DNA of 64,000 bases from Octopus vulgaris. Its lineage: Eukaryota. The DNA lies in the NCBI GenBank assembly GCA_951406725.2, contig OX597830.1, positions 13,516,001-13,580,000 of the forward strand, written 5' to 3'. The notes under the pieces were generated by a model. The model was not told where the DNA came from and did no database searches. It saw only the letters and a program-made list of their open reading frames with translations. The number at the start of each line of letters is the position of its first letter. The stretch's first letter is position 1. Made by a program: the position numbers and the translations under genes. This document shows positions 42,569 through 57,604 of the stretch, in pieces.

Positions 42569-43162
42569 GCAGGAGTGGCTGTGTGGTAAGTAGCTTGCTA
42601 ACCAACCACATGGTTCCGGGTTCAGTCCCACTGCGTGGCATCTTGGGCAAGTGTCTTCTGCTATAGCCCCGGGCCGACCAATGCCTTGTGAGTGGATTTG
42701 GTAGACGGAAACTGAAAGAAGCCTGTCGTATATATGTATATATATATATGTGTGTTTGTTTGTGTGTCTGTGTTTGTTCCCCTAGCATTGCTTGACAACC
42801 GATGCTGGTGTGTTTACGTCCCCGTCACTTAGCGGTTCGGCAAAAAAGAGACCGATAGAATAAGTACTGGGCTTACAAAGAATAAGTCCCGGGGTCGAGT
42901 TGCTCGATTAAAGGCGGTGCTCCAGCATGGCCGCAGTCAAATGACTGAAACAAGTAAAAGAGAAAGAGAAAGAGAAAGAGATATATATACACATATATAC
43001 GACGGGCTTCTTTCAGTTTCCGTCTACCAAATCCACTCACAAGGCTTTGGTCGGCCCGAGGCTATAGTAGAAGGCAATTGCCCAAGGTGCCACGTAGTGG
43101 GACTGAACCCGGAACCATGTGGTTCGTAAGCAAGCTACTTACCATACAGCCACTCCTACGCC
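42275..43162. mobile_element. Nested SINE family A: plus-strand copy (42566-42980) inside the internal microsatellite of a minus-strand copy
   Basis: Minus 3' half 42275-42490, plus full copy, then minus 5' half 43000-43162. Confidence 0.88.
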
Positions 43163-43578
43163 TATATAGTTGAACCATTTTCATAGCAGTTGATATATTA
43201 GCGTGTAATCAAATGGGTCATTCTGATGAATACATTCCCATATGTGATGTTTTGAAAAATGGTGAATCCGTTCCACATGTTTTAAAGATGTTGGGTTTGA
43301 CATTTCCTTTTCTCCAAAGTCGGTGGCTTTAACTAGGTTTTAGCTACTAAGGACCTGCGATGATGTTCTGGGTGAAGATGAATTTGACATTTTCTTGTCA
43401 CTACCAAAATATTAAACTGCTGTTACTAGTTCATCTAAAGTCGGCTCTGATAAAGATATAACCATGGGTCATTGAATAATATAGTTTTAGATACTCAGCG
43501 TCCCAGGATAGAATTATTTAAAGTTCCCTTCCTTTTTTTTAGACAATAAATTCTGACTTATGGACGATATCCATATAT

Positions 43579-43664
<86 letters not shown>

Positions 43665-43668
<4 letters not shown>

Positions 43669-43770
43669 TTCGTTTTGGATTTGGTTTGCAAGATTCTTTA
43701 TATGAGTTCGTGTGTTGAAACATATTCTGTTGTATCTGGGGAGAGTCATTTTCTTTTTGTGCCTTAATTA
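43665..43770. repeat. Dispersed repeat, probably Penelope-derived
   Basis: atttcgttttggatttggtttgcaagattctttatatgagttcgtgtgttga recurs at ~45505 and, diverged, at ~47345; at 45.7 kb an inverted part follows. Confidence 0.6.
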
Positions 43771-44524
43771 TCATTCCTAATAACCGAGCGAAAGCATAGA
43801 GGTTGCTCTGATTTGTTGTCCTGAGCATATCCAAATCCTTCAAGAATATGAAGAACAGAAACTCCCGGCGAAGTTTCCCGGCCCTGTGATGTCTACATCT
43901 CACGTTTCGAAAGCTTCATCATAGCATCAGTTGATTCTATTAAATCTGGTGGACTCAGATTCTGTCTGCGTTTGTAATTTTAATGATAATCTCATTGTAA
44001 CTTCTCATTGTGATTTAATGATAATCTCATTTAATGATAATCTCATTGTAACTTCTCGCGATAAGCAGACGAGGCTTCCCTTTACGCATATTCACTGTTG
44101 TCACTACATTCGTCATTTACACTTTACACCAGATTTATACAAGGAACTGGTACTTATTTTACTGACCCCGGAAGGATGAAAGGTAAAGTCAACCTCGGCG
44201 GAATTTGAACTGGGAACATAAAGATGGATGAAATGCCGCTAAGCATTTTGTCCAGCGTGCTAATGATTCTGCCAGCTGGTCGTCTTACAATCACTATTTA
44301 CATCAAGAAGAAGTACATCACTGCAAAGCCCCTCAACTGCTTCGCTAAACATTTAAAATTGCTACTAAGCTGCAGTATATTAAATGGTGACCATATATTT
44401 ATGCACCTGGTTATACTTCAGCTGTATTCAACTGCTAAGCTGTTACAACACCAGTGAGACCTATAATAGTGTACTATTACTGCTCTCTATAATAGCGTAC
44501 ACTGATAGGTCTCTGTATAGTAGT

Positions 44525-44830
44525 CACGTCACGTGACCGACCAGGCTATCAGATGTTGCTACACATCGCTGGTTACAATGCGCTTCCCATTGTTTTAGCC
44601 TTCAAATGACGCCACCCCGGTGGCCAAGCGAGCGGGCCAACAGTGGAAACAGTGAGAGAAAGTTGTGGTGAAAGAGTACAGCGGGGATCGCCAGCACCCT
44701 CTGCCGGAGCCTCGTGGAGCTTTAGGTGTTTTTGCTCAATAAACACTCACAACGCCCGGTCTGGGAATCGAAACCGCGACCCTACGACCGCGATTCCGCT
44801 GCCCTAAACACTGGGCCATTGCGCTTCCAC
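44525..44830 (-). mobile_element. tRNA-derived SINE family C with 12-bp TSD
   Basis: Reverse complement head gtggaagcgcaatggcccagtgtttagg..ggtttcgattccc; ctgtatagtagt at 44513-44524 and 44831-44842. Confidence 0.88.
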
Positions 44831-45289
44831 CTGTATAGTAGTATATTATTATAAGTCTTATGTACTAATAATTGCAAACTGTGTGTCACCTCTATCGAAA
44901 CTACTCCAATGCCTTATCATCACTTCGTGTCATTCTTATTTCGTCTCATTTTCCAAACTTCTTCCCCCTCCAGAATCGCAGCCCTTCAGATTTCCTTCCC
45001 TGTATGAGTTTCTTCTAAAGCATCAACCAATACACGGTGAATATCAGCAGCATCAAAATCACAGATTTGCTGGGATGAGCTGAAAAATACACTGATGCTA
45101 CACAGTTCCTTCGATTAAATAAAGACAATAAAGTCTTAGATATGTTACAAACAACACAAGGAACTAACTAACTATTACGTACTATGTACTATAACTTAGG
45201 CTCGTACATGTATACGAGTGTGTATCTGTTTAAGTAAAACTATTATGCTTAATGCCAATCTGTTGTGTGTGTTGTGTATATTTACTTGT

Positions 45290-45347
<58 letters not shown>

Positions 45348-47603
45348 TGTGTATGTGCGTGTCTCTATGTCTAGTACATTTATTACGTTTGGTATCTAGG
45401 TATTGTGTTCACTATGTCACCTGTGTCAACAATAGAAGATAGTTTTTATACATTTATTTGCATTTTTCCGAAACTGACCTGATAAACCTAAAACTAACTG
45501 TAGATATTTCGTTTTTTGGATTTGGTTTGCAAGATTCTTTATATGAGTTCGTGTGTTGAAGCATATTCTGTTGCAACCTTTTCAATAAGAGAGTCAAGAC
45601 TATTGAAAAGGTTACAAGATGCAACGAAAATTTTAGAAAATAAAAATAAGGAATAAGTGGAAATTTTACCGGTGAGTGTATTAAATAATAAGGCACTAAA
45701 AGAGAATGACTCTCCCCAGACATAACTGTAGTAGATAGCACTAGTAGAACCAATAAAACTTCGCTAACGATTATAATGTAGTAAAAAAGAAAAGATGAAA
45801 TGATTGATCCAACAATATTTTCGGATACCAGCATAAAATCAGGACATATTTCTTTAGAGAGAAGAATTTTTCGAGGAGTTTTGATTTTCTTCCCATTCTC
45901 AAACATATTAACAAAATAACTTAAGTGAAGTGAGCTCAGCTGGAAAACACAAAATTGATTTTCCAAACCTTATGAAAAATTAAAGAAAACCAACATTAAC
46001 TGTAATGGTTATAATAGCAAATAATTTGGTAAATGATTATTTATACTATTCCATCCATTATTTTCCTCAAATAATATTTTAAATTCCGAACACATTTGTC
46101 AAATTACAAAATTTATTTTATAAAAATATTTCAGAGTGATGCTGACCAGGTACTTAATTCTGATAGTTCCCAAATTGATTTATGAAAGCTGGGATTGACG
46201 TGTGCATTTTTTTGTCGATAAATTACTATTTTGAACGTAATTACATGAAAGGCTAAATTGTACAAAGTTTCTTTTATCTAAACACACCTATATAAAATTG
46301 ATAACCGATATTCTTTACATTCATTCTCAGATTAAATCATGAAATAATGGCTGTTGTAGTTTTGGTTTTAATCATTGTCATTTTGATATGAAAATCTAAC
46401 GATATTGCAATTTACTATTATTGACTCTTTATGATCACAAGGGTCACACAAACTCTGATAGGAAATCAATAGTTAGAGACGAATATAAATTTCTTGTTCT
46501 CCAGAGGAAGTCTAAATCTTGTTTAAGTTGACATCACCACTCAACACAATAAAATGTCTGTGACAAGCTCTCCCTGTGAAATCGTCCATGGGCGAAACCA
46601 TAAGAAAAACTACTGTTGCATATTAATAAATGTGTGCGCAAAATGACGCGTAGAATAACGTCCTTTGTTTCAGAAATTATCTTCGTGATTTCCTGAATAG
46701 AAAACTGTAAGATAAGCGTCAGATTGAAGTAAATATTGGAATTGATATGTTTGACAGTGGTGCTCCCAGCAGGATGCTACCCAATGAATGAAACCAGCAT
46801 CATAATTATAAAATTAAAAAAAAAGAATATAACGGACTTAAAGATGTCGAATCATTGAGGGACTGTACTTCTGCCAGATGGGAAAATATGTAGATTTGGA
46901 TTAGAGGTAATACATTTGTCATGGTTCTTTTGTTCCCTACTCCAAGAAAAAAAAAACTTATGCATATTTTGCCAGTGAAGACGCAACAAATATTTCTTGT
47001 AGTTACAAGTTGAATATTGAAGTCACGAAGGAAATACAACTGTACCTTTTTTACGCAAAACAAGATAATTTTTTTCTAAAAGTTATACTAATTTCATGGA
47101 GTAACTTAGGATTAAATGCCATATACGAGGTGCATTCAAAAAGTATCCGATCTTGGGGAATAAAAAACAAAGCAAAGACAATTTTGTACATTTTTCACAT
47201 TTAATTTAATCACCTTCAAAATCCTATATGTATAATATTATATATTATGCAGCTCAGCTGGGCATTGCCTACTTAATGCAATGAGCCGAAGAAAGTGCCA
47301 TCAATTAAAATGAAACTAGTAATGAAAAGTTAAGTTTATATATTTGTTTTGCAAGATTTTTGATGTGAAATCGTGTGTTGAAACAGATATTGTTGTATTT
47401 AGGAATGGTCATGTTGCCAGTTTAGCCAATATATATATAAACAGGAGATACAAATATTACAGGCAATCTCCCCACTAACTAAACATAGACACACATAGAG
47501 ATATACGCATGCGCAAATGAAGACACATACAATAGGAATACAAAATACAAAATGGCTGACCGTTAGTAAGGAGAGACACACAAATAAGAAAGACGAAAGC
47601 AAA

Positions 47604-47649
47604 GGACCACTGATGAGGTCACAGGAGTGTGACGAAAGAACTCTGGCCC
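47604..47649 (+). ncRNA. Minimal type I hammerhead ribozyme motif inside an inverted-repeat element (47388-47769)
   Basis: ggacca-CTGATGA-g-gtcac aggagt gtgac-GAAA-gaac-TC-tggccc; 43-bp inverted arms at 47388-47430 and 47727-47769. Confidence 0.65.
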
Positions 47650-49399
47650 AAATAATATTAAGGTTAATGTAAAAAATAAATAACGCTGAAGCAAAGTAAC
47701 ACCTAATATATAATGCGTGTGTTTTTATTGGCTAAAGTGGCAAAATGACCATTCCTAAATACAACAATAAGTAATGAAAAGAATAATCATTAATCATCAA
47801 TGATAATTATTGACAAGAAAAGTAAGGGAAATAACTCAGAAATCCGAATTCATGAAAACTTGAATTGTGGCATAGAGCGGAGTGTGGTTCGATAGGCAAC
47901 GACAATGATGACGTCAGTCATTCAGTGACATCAGAAGAAAGGGTCATTTCAAAGTACATGCGAACTCCTCCGCTCCCTTTTCTTCATCCTCTGTTTTTTT
48001 TTGTGGTTTGCAATTAGAAATTTAAATCTTTTATAATACGAAGTATCACAGCACACGTGATGGCATTCAACACATACACTATGTTAAACTTTCTACGTAT
48101 TTGTAAATACACATAACTTATACGAGGTACATATGTATATATACATCTATATTATTGTGCACGCGTGTGTTTGTGTGTATATGTGTGTGTGAGAAAGGCT
48201 GCGTTATATGCTAGAAACTATTTCCAAAACTTTTCGAAAATCTGAAAACTTCTTAAAGATTTCGCGAGTTAGCGTTTTTCTTTTTCTGTGTGTTGAAGTT
48301 GATACACCCAACAAGCTGTTTATATCCATTTAGTATGACAAGCCAAACTTTCGACTAGCATTTATAGTCGCCGAGTCCAATTCATTCTACTTCTATATCT
48401 TAGTTTCATTTCATCGTGGTTAATAAGAATGAACTAAGAAGAGATAAAGCCGAGAAACATTAAGAAATGGATTAAGTTATCGTTGAAAAATGTTAATTTT
48501 TCAATAATTAACGTCTATTCATGTTTCTGTAGAGAAGACTTTCGCTATAAGCAGTTTCAAATGACAAGCATACACAGCTGTGTTTTATTTGCGCCGAGCG
48601 ATAATCGAGAGTAAAAACAGTCGTCAATAGGAAGAAAGTGATTACCAGAGCTCATAGCAAGCACTATTGATTTATGAAAAGCTAAAACAGGTGATAAAGA
48701 ATAGTGAAGAGTTCAATTTCTCTGAGAAGCTAAACCTTGTGTGAGGTTCTCTCAAAAAGATAGAAGAATACCGTCAATTTACTTGAAAACAGCTCCCATT
48801 TGGCCATCCTTTTGCAGACGTTGTTTGTTTTTGCAGAAGGTGTATGTAGAGTGAATGTTTAGAAGTAACAGAGAGAACAAAATAACTGGGAACATAAGCA
48901 GAAATAAGACAACAAAAAAACAGAAAAAAGAGGTATAAGAACGTAGAAATGACATACTTTCATTGTAAAGCCGTGAAAATAAAAAGGCTTTCTGAGTGAC
49001 TGGGTGGAAGAAATTGACAAAAGCAAGTTACATGACTTTATGAGTTGAAGTATATACACACATATATATGTGTGTATGTGCTTGTCACACAGGCACACAC
49101 ACAGACACACATACACGCACACACACACACACACATTTATGTGTGCATATGTGTGTAAGTATGTTTGCGTGTATGTGTGTTTGTGTGCATGTGTTTGTGT
49201 GTATGTGTGTGTGTGTGTGTGTCAAAATCTCTAAGGAGAGATTAACGGCAGGATGTCTTCAGAGAGGAAGCCTCCCCTCATGCAAGTGCACCGGCCCTTA
49301 ATTTCTTACAACCTATGAGGGACCTGCCACATCCTCGTCATGACACTTAGATACCTCTCTGCTGCCACAGTCTATTATACTGTCTGCATTTCATTCTGT

Positions 49400-50050
49400 A
49401 CCTTCTTGAGTGGTCAGGGTGCTCCAGAACTAAAGTTCCTTGGATGTCGTAACCACTTCAAGGAAAGACACCCGCTGATCGTATGGAAAATTATGCCTTC
49501 TGAATGCACTTTCATTCTTCCTTGTTCAGATCCCGACGCAGTACTTCTGAGAACTCTAGTTTTCCTTTCCCTGAAATTCAGAGCCATTTGTTGAGCTCGT
49601 AGGCAGATTTGTCCATAAACCCTCTCACTCCCATCTCTATAGTTAGGATTTTGGCTTCGAAGCCAGATTCTCTTAATCTGATGACTAAATTGCTACATTT
49701 CCCAGTCTGGTCGATACGGGTTTCTTCCATTCTGCTTTCGTATGGCGCAGCATAAGTCAATCTGAATATCTAGTTTTTATGAGAGTAAAGTAAAATATCT
49801 GGTCTTATACCACACTTGATGATGGCTGGGTGATTTTTCCTTTCTGAAAAGTCTACTGTGAACTCCCAGTCTTCCACTCCATCTGGTAGACTCTGGTTTT
49901 ATGATTCTATTGGCACAACTGTTCTAGGTTACAATCTTATGCTCCCTACTGTGTAGAACATTGGTGGAGCATCTGGTGGTTTCGTCTTCTCTCGCGATAT
50001 AAATCACATCCAAGGTCTCTTTAAGCACTTGATTGCATTTTCGTGTGTAG
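49400..50050 (-). pseudogene. RLE non-LTR retrotransposon 3' relic (HERO/NeSL-like)
   Basis: Reverse complement HPAIIKCGIRPDILLYS..PYESRMEE..LRESGFEAKILTIEMGVRGF matches RPD..ELT.P.E..VEVGxRGF. Confidence 0.7.
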
Positions 50051-50510
50051 CTCCCTTGGGCTAGGACCAATTTGTATGAATTTAGGTCATGTCTGACAGT
50101 TTGTTTTCTTTGGCAGAGTGGCCATGATTAGTTATATATATTTCTCCATTTCAAGTTTGTATTTGAGGGCAGAAGGTCAGATACATACCTGAGGATGAAG
50201 CTGACACTAACAGCAGCCATAAGTCATAAGTCATATGCTATTCCAGCTATTTTTTTTTTTCTATTTGAAAATGGGAATCAGTTCCAAGACATTACACGAC
50301 TATTAAAAAAGACCCTATATCGTGTAATGCAATATCTTCTCTCTTTCTCTTCAGTCATTGACATCCCCTTACGTATTTTGTCGAACTTAACTCAGCTTCA
50401 TTGCTCAACTGTTTCAATCAGATATTTCATTTATGCACATTGTAATGCTTCAAGTCTATTACAAAGCTCTTATGTCACTGTCTATATTTATTTACATATC
50501 TGTATATATG

Positions 50511-50577
<67 letters not shown>

Positions 50578-50588
50578 GTATGTATGTA

Positions 50589-50620
<32 letters not shown>

Positions 50621-51092
50621 GAAAAGAAAGTGAGAGAGATGGAGAGACACAGACAGAAGGTGTTCTACAGTGAAAAAGAAAAATGGAAGTAAAGAATGAC
50701 TGTGACTTAAGTAAGAATGGACGTGTATGAGTTGAAGTGAGAAGATGTATTAGAGAGAAAGAGAGACAAGGAGATAAGGATGAAGAGGAATATGTAGAAA
50801 ATATGGAAAGATAGAGGTCTTACTTCTCAAACTAGCTATTTTCACTTCGATAACGAGCATGTTTTTAATCAGGGATGTTGTTCTGATTTGTGTTGTGTAC
50901 GAGTAGGTTAAAAATAATGCAGCACTAAGAACAGACACGCACACAACATCATCAACAACAGTAACAACAGCATTGAGGCAAAATACTTCAATAACACTCC
51001 CAACAAGTTATTTACAGCTCAGGTTAAAAAATTGTCCCTCGGTTGCCAAACAAAGTGATAGTAGCTATAAGTTTGATAAAGTAAATCCTTTA

Positions 51093-51484
51093 TCTTTATA
51101 TATAAAAGTGAGGTTGTGTGCTGTCTGTCTCCTACGATTTAGATTCCTAACTACTCCCACATTTTGCGGTGCAGTTTAACCAAAACCAGGTATCTTATAG
51201 TCGTGATTCATATTGAGCCCTTCTGGGTATTAGCGCGCGTCTACGATAAGTCTACGATTTAAAAAAAAATTTACCATCAATTTTTCCCATTTTTAATGCA
51301 TTTTTGGCATATATAAGGGAAGTAACTCTCTAAAAATGTATTAAATCTCAGAACGTAAAAAGCTACAGTAACACACCCCTTTGTGGTTAGCCATATTGAG
51401 ATGGCTATTATACTTTACATCTCTAAAAATGCTTATATAGTTATTTCCCTTACAAACCCGAGCAACGCCGGGCGATACTGCTAG
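51093..51484 (+). mobile_element. Non-autonomous Helitron
   Basis: Near-identical to 13132-13525, with A|TC..CTAG|T ends. Confidence 0.88.
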
Positions 51485-51769
51485 TTATTTATAAGATCAC
51501 CCTGAAAGTGTGCTAGATTAAATAGACAGAGATTCTTGCTGTTAATAACGTTTAACCGTCAGTCATAGAAAGCATCCGAGCAATACTCAGACGTTATTTT
51601 AGGAATCCGTCACAATAAATCATTCGATGAATCCATTGCTGTCTTAGAAGGGTATGTTGTCATTCGAAGGAGATTTTTACGACAGCGCAAGAGCTCCTTA
51701 CTCTATATTCTATACATCTGAGGTAGCACGAGGAGGACTCGCTTCCGTTCTAATTTTGTCTGAAACAAT

Positions 51770-51929
51770 CGTAGGAGTGGCTGTGTGGTAAGTAGCTTGC
51801 TTACGAACCACATGGTTCCAGGTTCAGTCCCACTGTGTGGCACTTAGGGCAAGCGTCTTCTACTATAGCCTCAGGCCGACCAAAGCCTTGTGAGTGGATT
51901 TGGTAGACGGAAACTGAAAGAAGCCCTTC

Positions 51930-51978
<49 letters not shown>

Positions 51979-52233
51979 CGTGTGTGTATATGTTTGTGTG
52001 TCTGTGTTTGTGTGTCTGTGTTTGTCACCTCAACATCGCTTAACAACCGATGCTGGTGTGGTTACGTCCTCGTAACTTAGTGGTTCGGCAAAAGAATAAG
52101 TACTAGGCTAATAAAGAATAAGTTAGTTAAGTTAGTTAGTTAATAAGTCCTGGGGTCGATTTGCTCGACTAAAGGCAGTGCACCAGCATGGCCACAGTCA
52201 AATGACTGAAACAAGTAAAATAGTAAAAGAGTA
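51770..52233 (+). mobile_element. SINE family A
   Basis: Head, internal (TA)n and tail; internal (TTAG)n expansion near 52120. Confidence 0.9.
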
Positions 52234-52634
52234 ATCGTGGTGCTGGCATATATGCAATGTTGCTGTGATTTCCGAATTATGGCGTGATTTTATAATTTTG
52301 CAAATTATTTAGAATGTCACTGAGTGATGAAAAAATTCAAAAAGGTTGTGAACTTAGATATCGAAATGGACATAATTAATTAAAGCTAATCGAATAATTA
52401 AAAACACGGGGTCCTTCTAGCTTCTGTTTGCGAAATGTACGGCGTTAACAAAGTAATCTTTCTGAGATACGAAATCAGTTATTAAATTACTGTAGTTTTC
52501 TTTGAAAATATATTGTGTTGATCGAATGGTACGTGTTTCGGGGAAGTTGAACAGAAAACTTATGAGAGTTGGGCCAGATTTTAAAAAATAGAAGCTGTGA
52601 ATATATGATATGTATAATAAAGATCTAGTGGTGT

Positions 52635-52831
52635 TCGGCAGAAAAGTTAGCACGCCGGACGAAATGCGTAGCCGTAATTCGTCTGCCGTTACGTTCTGAG
52701 TTCAAATTCCGCCGAGGTCGACTTTGCCTTTCATTCTTTCGCAATGGGGTCGATGTAATCGACTTAATCCCTTTGTCTGTCCTTGTTTGTCCCCCCTCTG
52801 TGTTTAGCCCCTTGTGGGTAGTAAAGAAATA
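52635..52831 (+). mobile_element. SINE family B with central deletion
   Basis: Matches the 9928 copy apart from a deletion of about 30 bp. Confidence 0.85.
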
Positions 52832-53386
52832 ACCTGGAATTGAATTCTTCATCTGAAACTTTGTGGAAACACAAGACTTAATGTTAAAGCAAGTGATGGG
52901 TGATTCTAAAACTTTAGAAACAAGTTTTGGCATTGTGAACGAGAAAATATTAAAGTTTTAAGTGATTTAGAAAATTTCATACCTAAAATTATTAAAGGGC
53001 TTACTTTAACGCAGGAGAAAATGCGCCTAAGGGAGGTAATTTTCAATTAACTGGGAAGCAAAGTTTCTCTTACAAGGAATCAGCCAAAACTATGGACTGA
53101 AGACGCATGTCAAAATGCATGCATTCATCAAGGGCCGCTCTGAGCCAACTCTGGTGTCGTACACCTTTTTGTTTGAAATGCAGTGAAAAGTCTTTTACGG
53201 GTTCAAATATGGCTCAAACATATTTGAAGTAGTATTAAATTTATTTTCTCTCACTCATCTACTCAGGAACACACACACATACACACATACACACAACACA
53301 CACACAACACACACACATAACACATATACACACACTTATCATATATAGACATATACACATATATCTATTACTTTTACATGCATACG

Positions 53387-53426
<40 letters not shown>

Positions 53427-53614
53427 CAAAGCACACACATTCACACACATATGTTGCATTTATGTTGATATATACATATACACAATACACACCTACATGC
53501 ATATATTTGGTGTGTGTGCGTGTGTTTGTGTGTGTGTGTCATATGCATGCTTTGATATTTGCACAATATATATTACGGACAAATAGGTGGGTGTATTTAT
53601 TATACACACGCATA

Positions 53615-53652
<38 letters not shown>

Positions 53653-54335
53653 CACACACACATACATACACGCACTCGCACCAACGAGTCCACACTACAC
53701 TGTACATTACCACAAAGTAGCCATTACGTAAAACTTGAATTCATATAATTAAGGTTTCCTTCGCAGAACTAAAACTTTGGTTTTCAGAAGGGAAATTTAT
53801 GAAATTCAAATCTAAGATGTGAATCTTAATAATAACTACCATATGTTGCCCTTCTGTATCTTACCAGGTTTATGCCTAATTTTATGGAACTCGACTGCTA
53901 TAAGTGCTCAGTTAGGATTACTTATAATGCACGAAGAATAGGGGTAAAATTATATTCTTTGTGCAAGTAATTTTACTGTTCGAGCGATGGTAGCATTTTA
54001 CAACTTCAGAGAAAGGTAAGCTTCTGAATTCTTCGAAATTATCCGTTATTATCTCAAACTGGCAGCATGTCTATGTGGATATTGTCAATATCCTCTCAGT
54101 AAAGGAATACAGCTTAACGAGACATTAATTTGGCCGACGAATTAGATGTTAGTGAAAGGTTTATTAAAGAGTTTTATGCAGAAATTCATCGAAATATTGC
54201 AGATAATATCTAGTTTATTTGCTTTGAAAGTATCGCAAATCATTATAGAGTTGTGGCTTTAAAAGTTAATAAGAAGTCAATATTTATGGTATGTAAAGCG
54301 ATGTAGATACATATTTTAGTATTTACAAACGCACG

Positions 54336-54369
<34 letters not shown>

Positions 54370-54565
54370 AACACACACACACAAACATGCACACACGTGC
54401 CCGCGCACACAGAACCGCGCACGCACACAAATGCATATATTTTCATGGGTGTGAGGAGTGGGTTTGTATTTCTACACGTGTGTGTTTGTGTATGTATTAT
54501 CATACGCATTTATATGCGTATATAAACAGAAGCACATAGATATATATATATTTGTGCTTGTGCGC

Positions 54566-54753
<188 letters not shown>

Positions 54754-55243
54754 GGGGGTGTTCTTGCGCGTTTGTGTGCACGTATCGTGTGTCGAACAAA
54801 AATGCTGTGAAGTGGTTCAAACATGTACATATGCGTATTGATAGATGCAAATCACATATTCTACGCCAGATTCTGATGAATATTTGCGTATATATACGTT
54901 TATGAAATGTGTATTTTCTATGCAATCAAAATTATATGTCACATCTTTAAATGATAAACTAAAGCAAATAATTATTTTGGATACTATATACATATATCCG
55001 TTACATATATATATATATACAGTCCTACCTACATATATACATACTTACACACTCACACATAAATACATATATGTGTGCTTATCGTACCATGCTTATTCAA
55101 CTCTGAAAGAAATATTTTAAACTCCTGTCCTAACACCTAACCGCAGCCATCTATTTTGTATTAACATATATTTATACTGCATACAACCAACATTATATGC
55201 ATACATGTGATTATATTTTGCTGTACAAATACCATTCCATATT

Positions 55244-55649
<406 letters not shown>

Positions 55650-56955
55650 TGTTATATATATATGTTTATATTGATATATATATATATATTTATATATACG
55701 TGTGTGTGTGTATGTATTCGAATAATTATGAATAGAGAAGTGTGTGTAAGTAGTTGCAATGGACAGAGAGTATTAATAAAGTTTATAACTGAATAGAAAT
55801 GGCAGCAGGAACAAAAAAACATGAACGTACACTTTGATTAAACAGTATAGAGCTCGCTATATTTAAAGATTTGCCCCACACTCTTCCCATACACATGCGG
55901 AATTGCACATAATTCCTCACACACGTATCTATATACATATATATATATATATATATGTACGTGTGCGTGCATGCGTGTGTCTGTGCGCACATATGTGTAT
56001 ACATGTACGTGTATGCCTATGTCAATACATTATATATATATACATACCGACATACATACATACACACACATGTATTTATGTATTATGTATGTATATATAT
56101 TACAGATGTGTTTGGAAATCACACTAACCTCTATGAAAATCAAAATACAAATTCTATTTATTTTCTTTAATAACATTATCTTTGAACATTGAAAAGAAAA
56201 AATCTTTCCAATTATGCTTCATTCAAGCCAGAACTTATATTCATGCAAGGATGGCAGAGAAGCAGAGAGAAACATCATTACAGCCGTTCTTTTAAATGAA
56301 GGCATCTCATTTAATTCACTTGAGGTGAGAATGATAATTTAATATAAAAGATTACTTTATGATTTCTTTCAAAATAATCCTCAATGGATAGTCTGATTTC
56401 CAAAATCTTCCGCCAATATTTTCTCTTAGTTACTTAGTTTAAACATACTGTTATCTATTTATTTGCTTTTCACTGTGTTTGTGTTTTGTTAAAATGTGAG
56501 AACTTTTGAAATTGATATAAAAATAATTCGGTTGAAATATACTGATCACTATAACTTAAATATATTTTATAATTAATTAAATTTTAGTGACAGTATTTAA
56601 TTACAGTTCAACGCCGATAGAGTTCAATTTCAAATTAATAGACTATTGACCAATGACCAAAAGGGTTCGAAAACAAACATAAATATCAAATAGAAATAGC
56701 CACTAACAAAGGTATTTATGCAGAGAATAAATCTAAAACTCAGGTAGAATAATGAAATTGAAAGAGAGAAAAAGAATAACGTACCCCCTAATATTTGTAT
56801 TTTGTTGAGTGAAGCGACTTCAAGGATAACACAAGAAGCGTTGGGTTATGCCAATTGGTGGACATTTTCTCAAATTATATTTTCTAAGTAAGAAAATTTT
56901 ATGGGGATAAAGTCAGTACTAAATTTTATTCATATACACGTAACATTTATATATA

Positions 56956-57039
56956 CAGAGTACTCCCTCACCATATCGCGGTTCACCTATTGTGGGGGTT
57001 TGGGAACGCAACACCCGCAATAGTCGAGGGATTACAGTA
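56956..57039. mobile_element. Tiny Tigger/pogo-like MITE
   Basis: Ends ta-cagagtactccctcaccatatcgcgg and ccgcaatagtcgagggattacag-ta are imperfect inverted repeats. Confidence 0.5.
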
Positions 57040-57110
57040 CATATATATATATGCGTATGTATGCGGATATATGTGTGTATATACTCACACACATTATATA
57101 TATATATATA

Positions 57111-57604
57111 TTAGAAATATTGAATTTCAAAATGTCTCAAAGAGACATGAGAGGTGGTGGAGCGATAGAGTGATTGTACTAAGTCAACATAACGTGACAG
57201 TCCCGTAGAGGGAATTACCTCACCGCTATTTAGCCCTAGGAAGCATCAACGCTTCCTGTCGGCTTTGACACATTTTCTGTGTCCTTATATTTGCAAAGGG
57301 GAGGCATTTGAGACATTTAGAAATTCAGTATTTCTAATTACGGTGACCACTGAATAGATTTCACTATAAATAGATATATTTGCGAAGGGACACGCTACCC
57401 TGGACTGATGACGGGCAAGACCCAGAAACATGCATGTCTTCAGGTGGCTAGTCCTAGCTGGTGGGGGTGTTTGCCTCCACTTTGCAAATATAAGGGCACA
57501 GGAAATGTGACAAAGCCAACAGGAAGCATCGATGCTTCCTAGGGCTAAATAGCGGGGGTGTGATTCTCTTTACGGGGCTGTCACGTTATGTTGACTTTAT
57601 ACAA

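Noticed and set aside
44750-44830. tRNA genes here and at other SINE heads
   Set aside because: A/B boxes are present but there is no complete cloverleaf, and each continues into a SINE body, several with TSDs
54005-54025. Splice-donor-like agaaag|gtaagc suggesting a host exon
   Set aside because: No convincing acceptor or open coding exon upstream; such motifs are expected by chance in 64 kb
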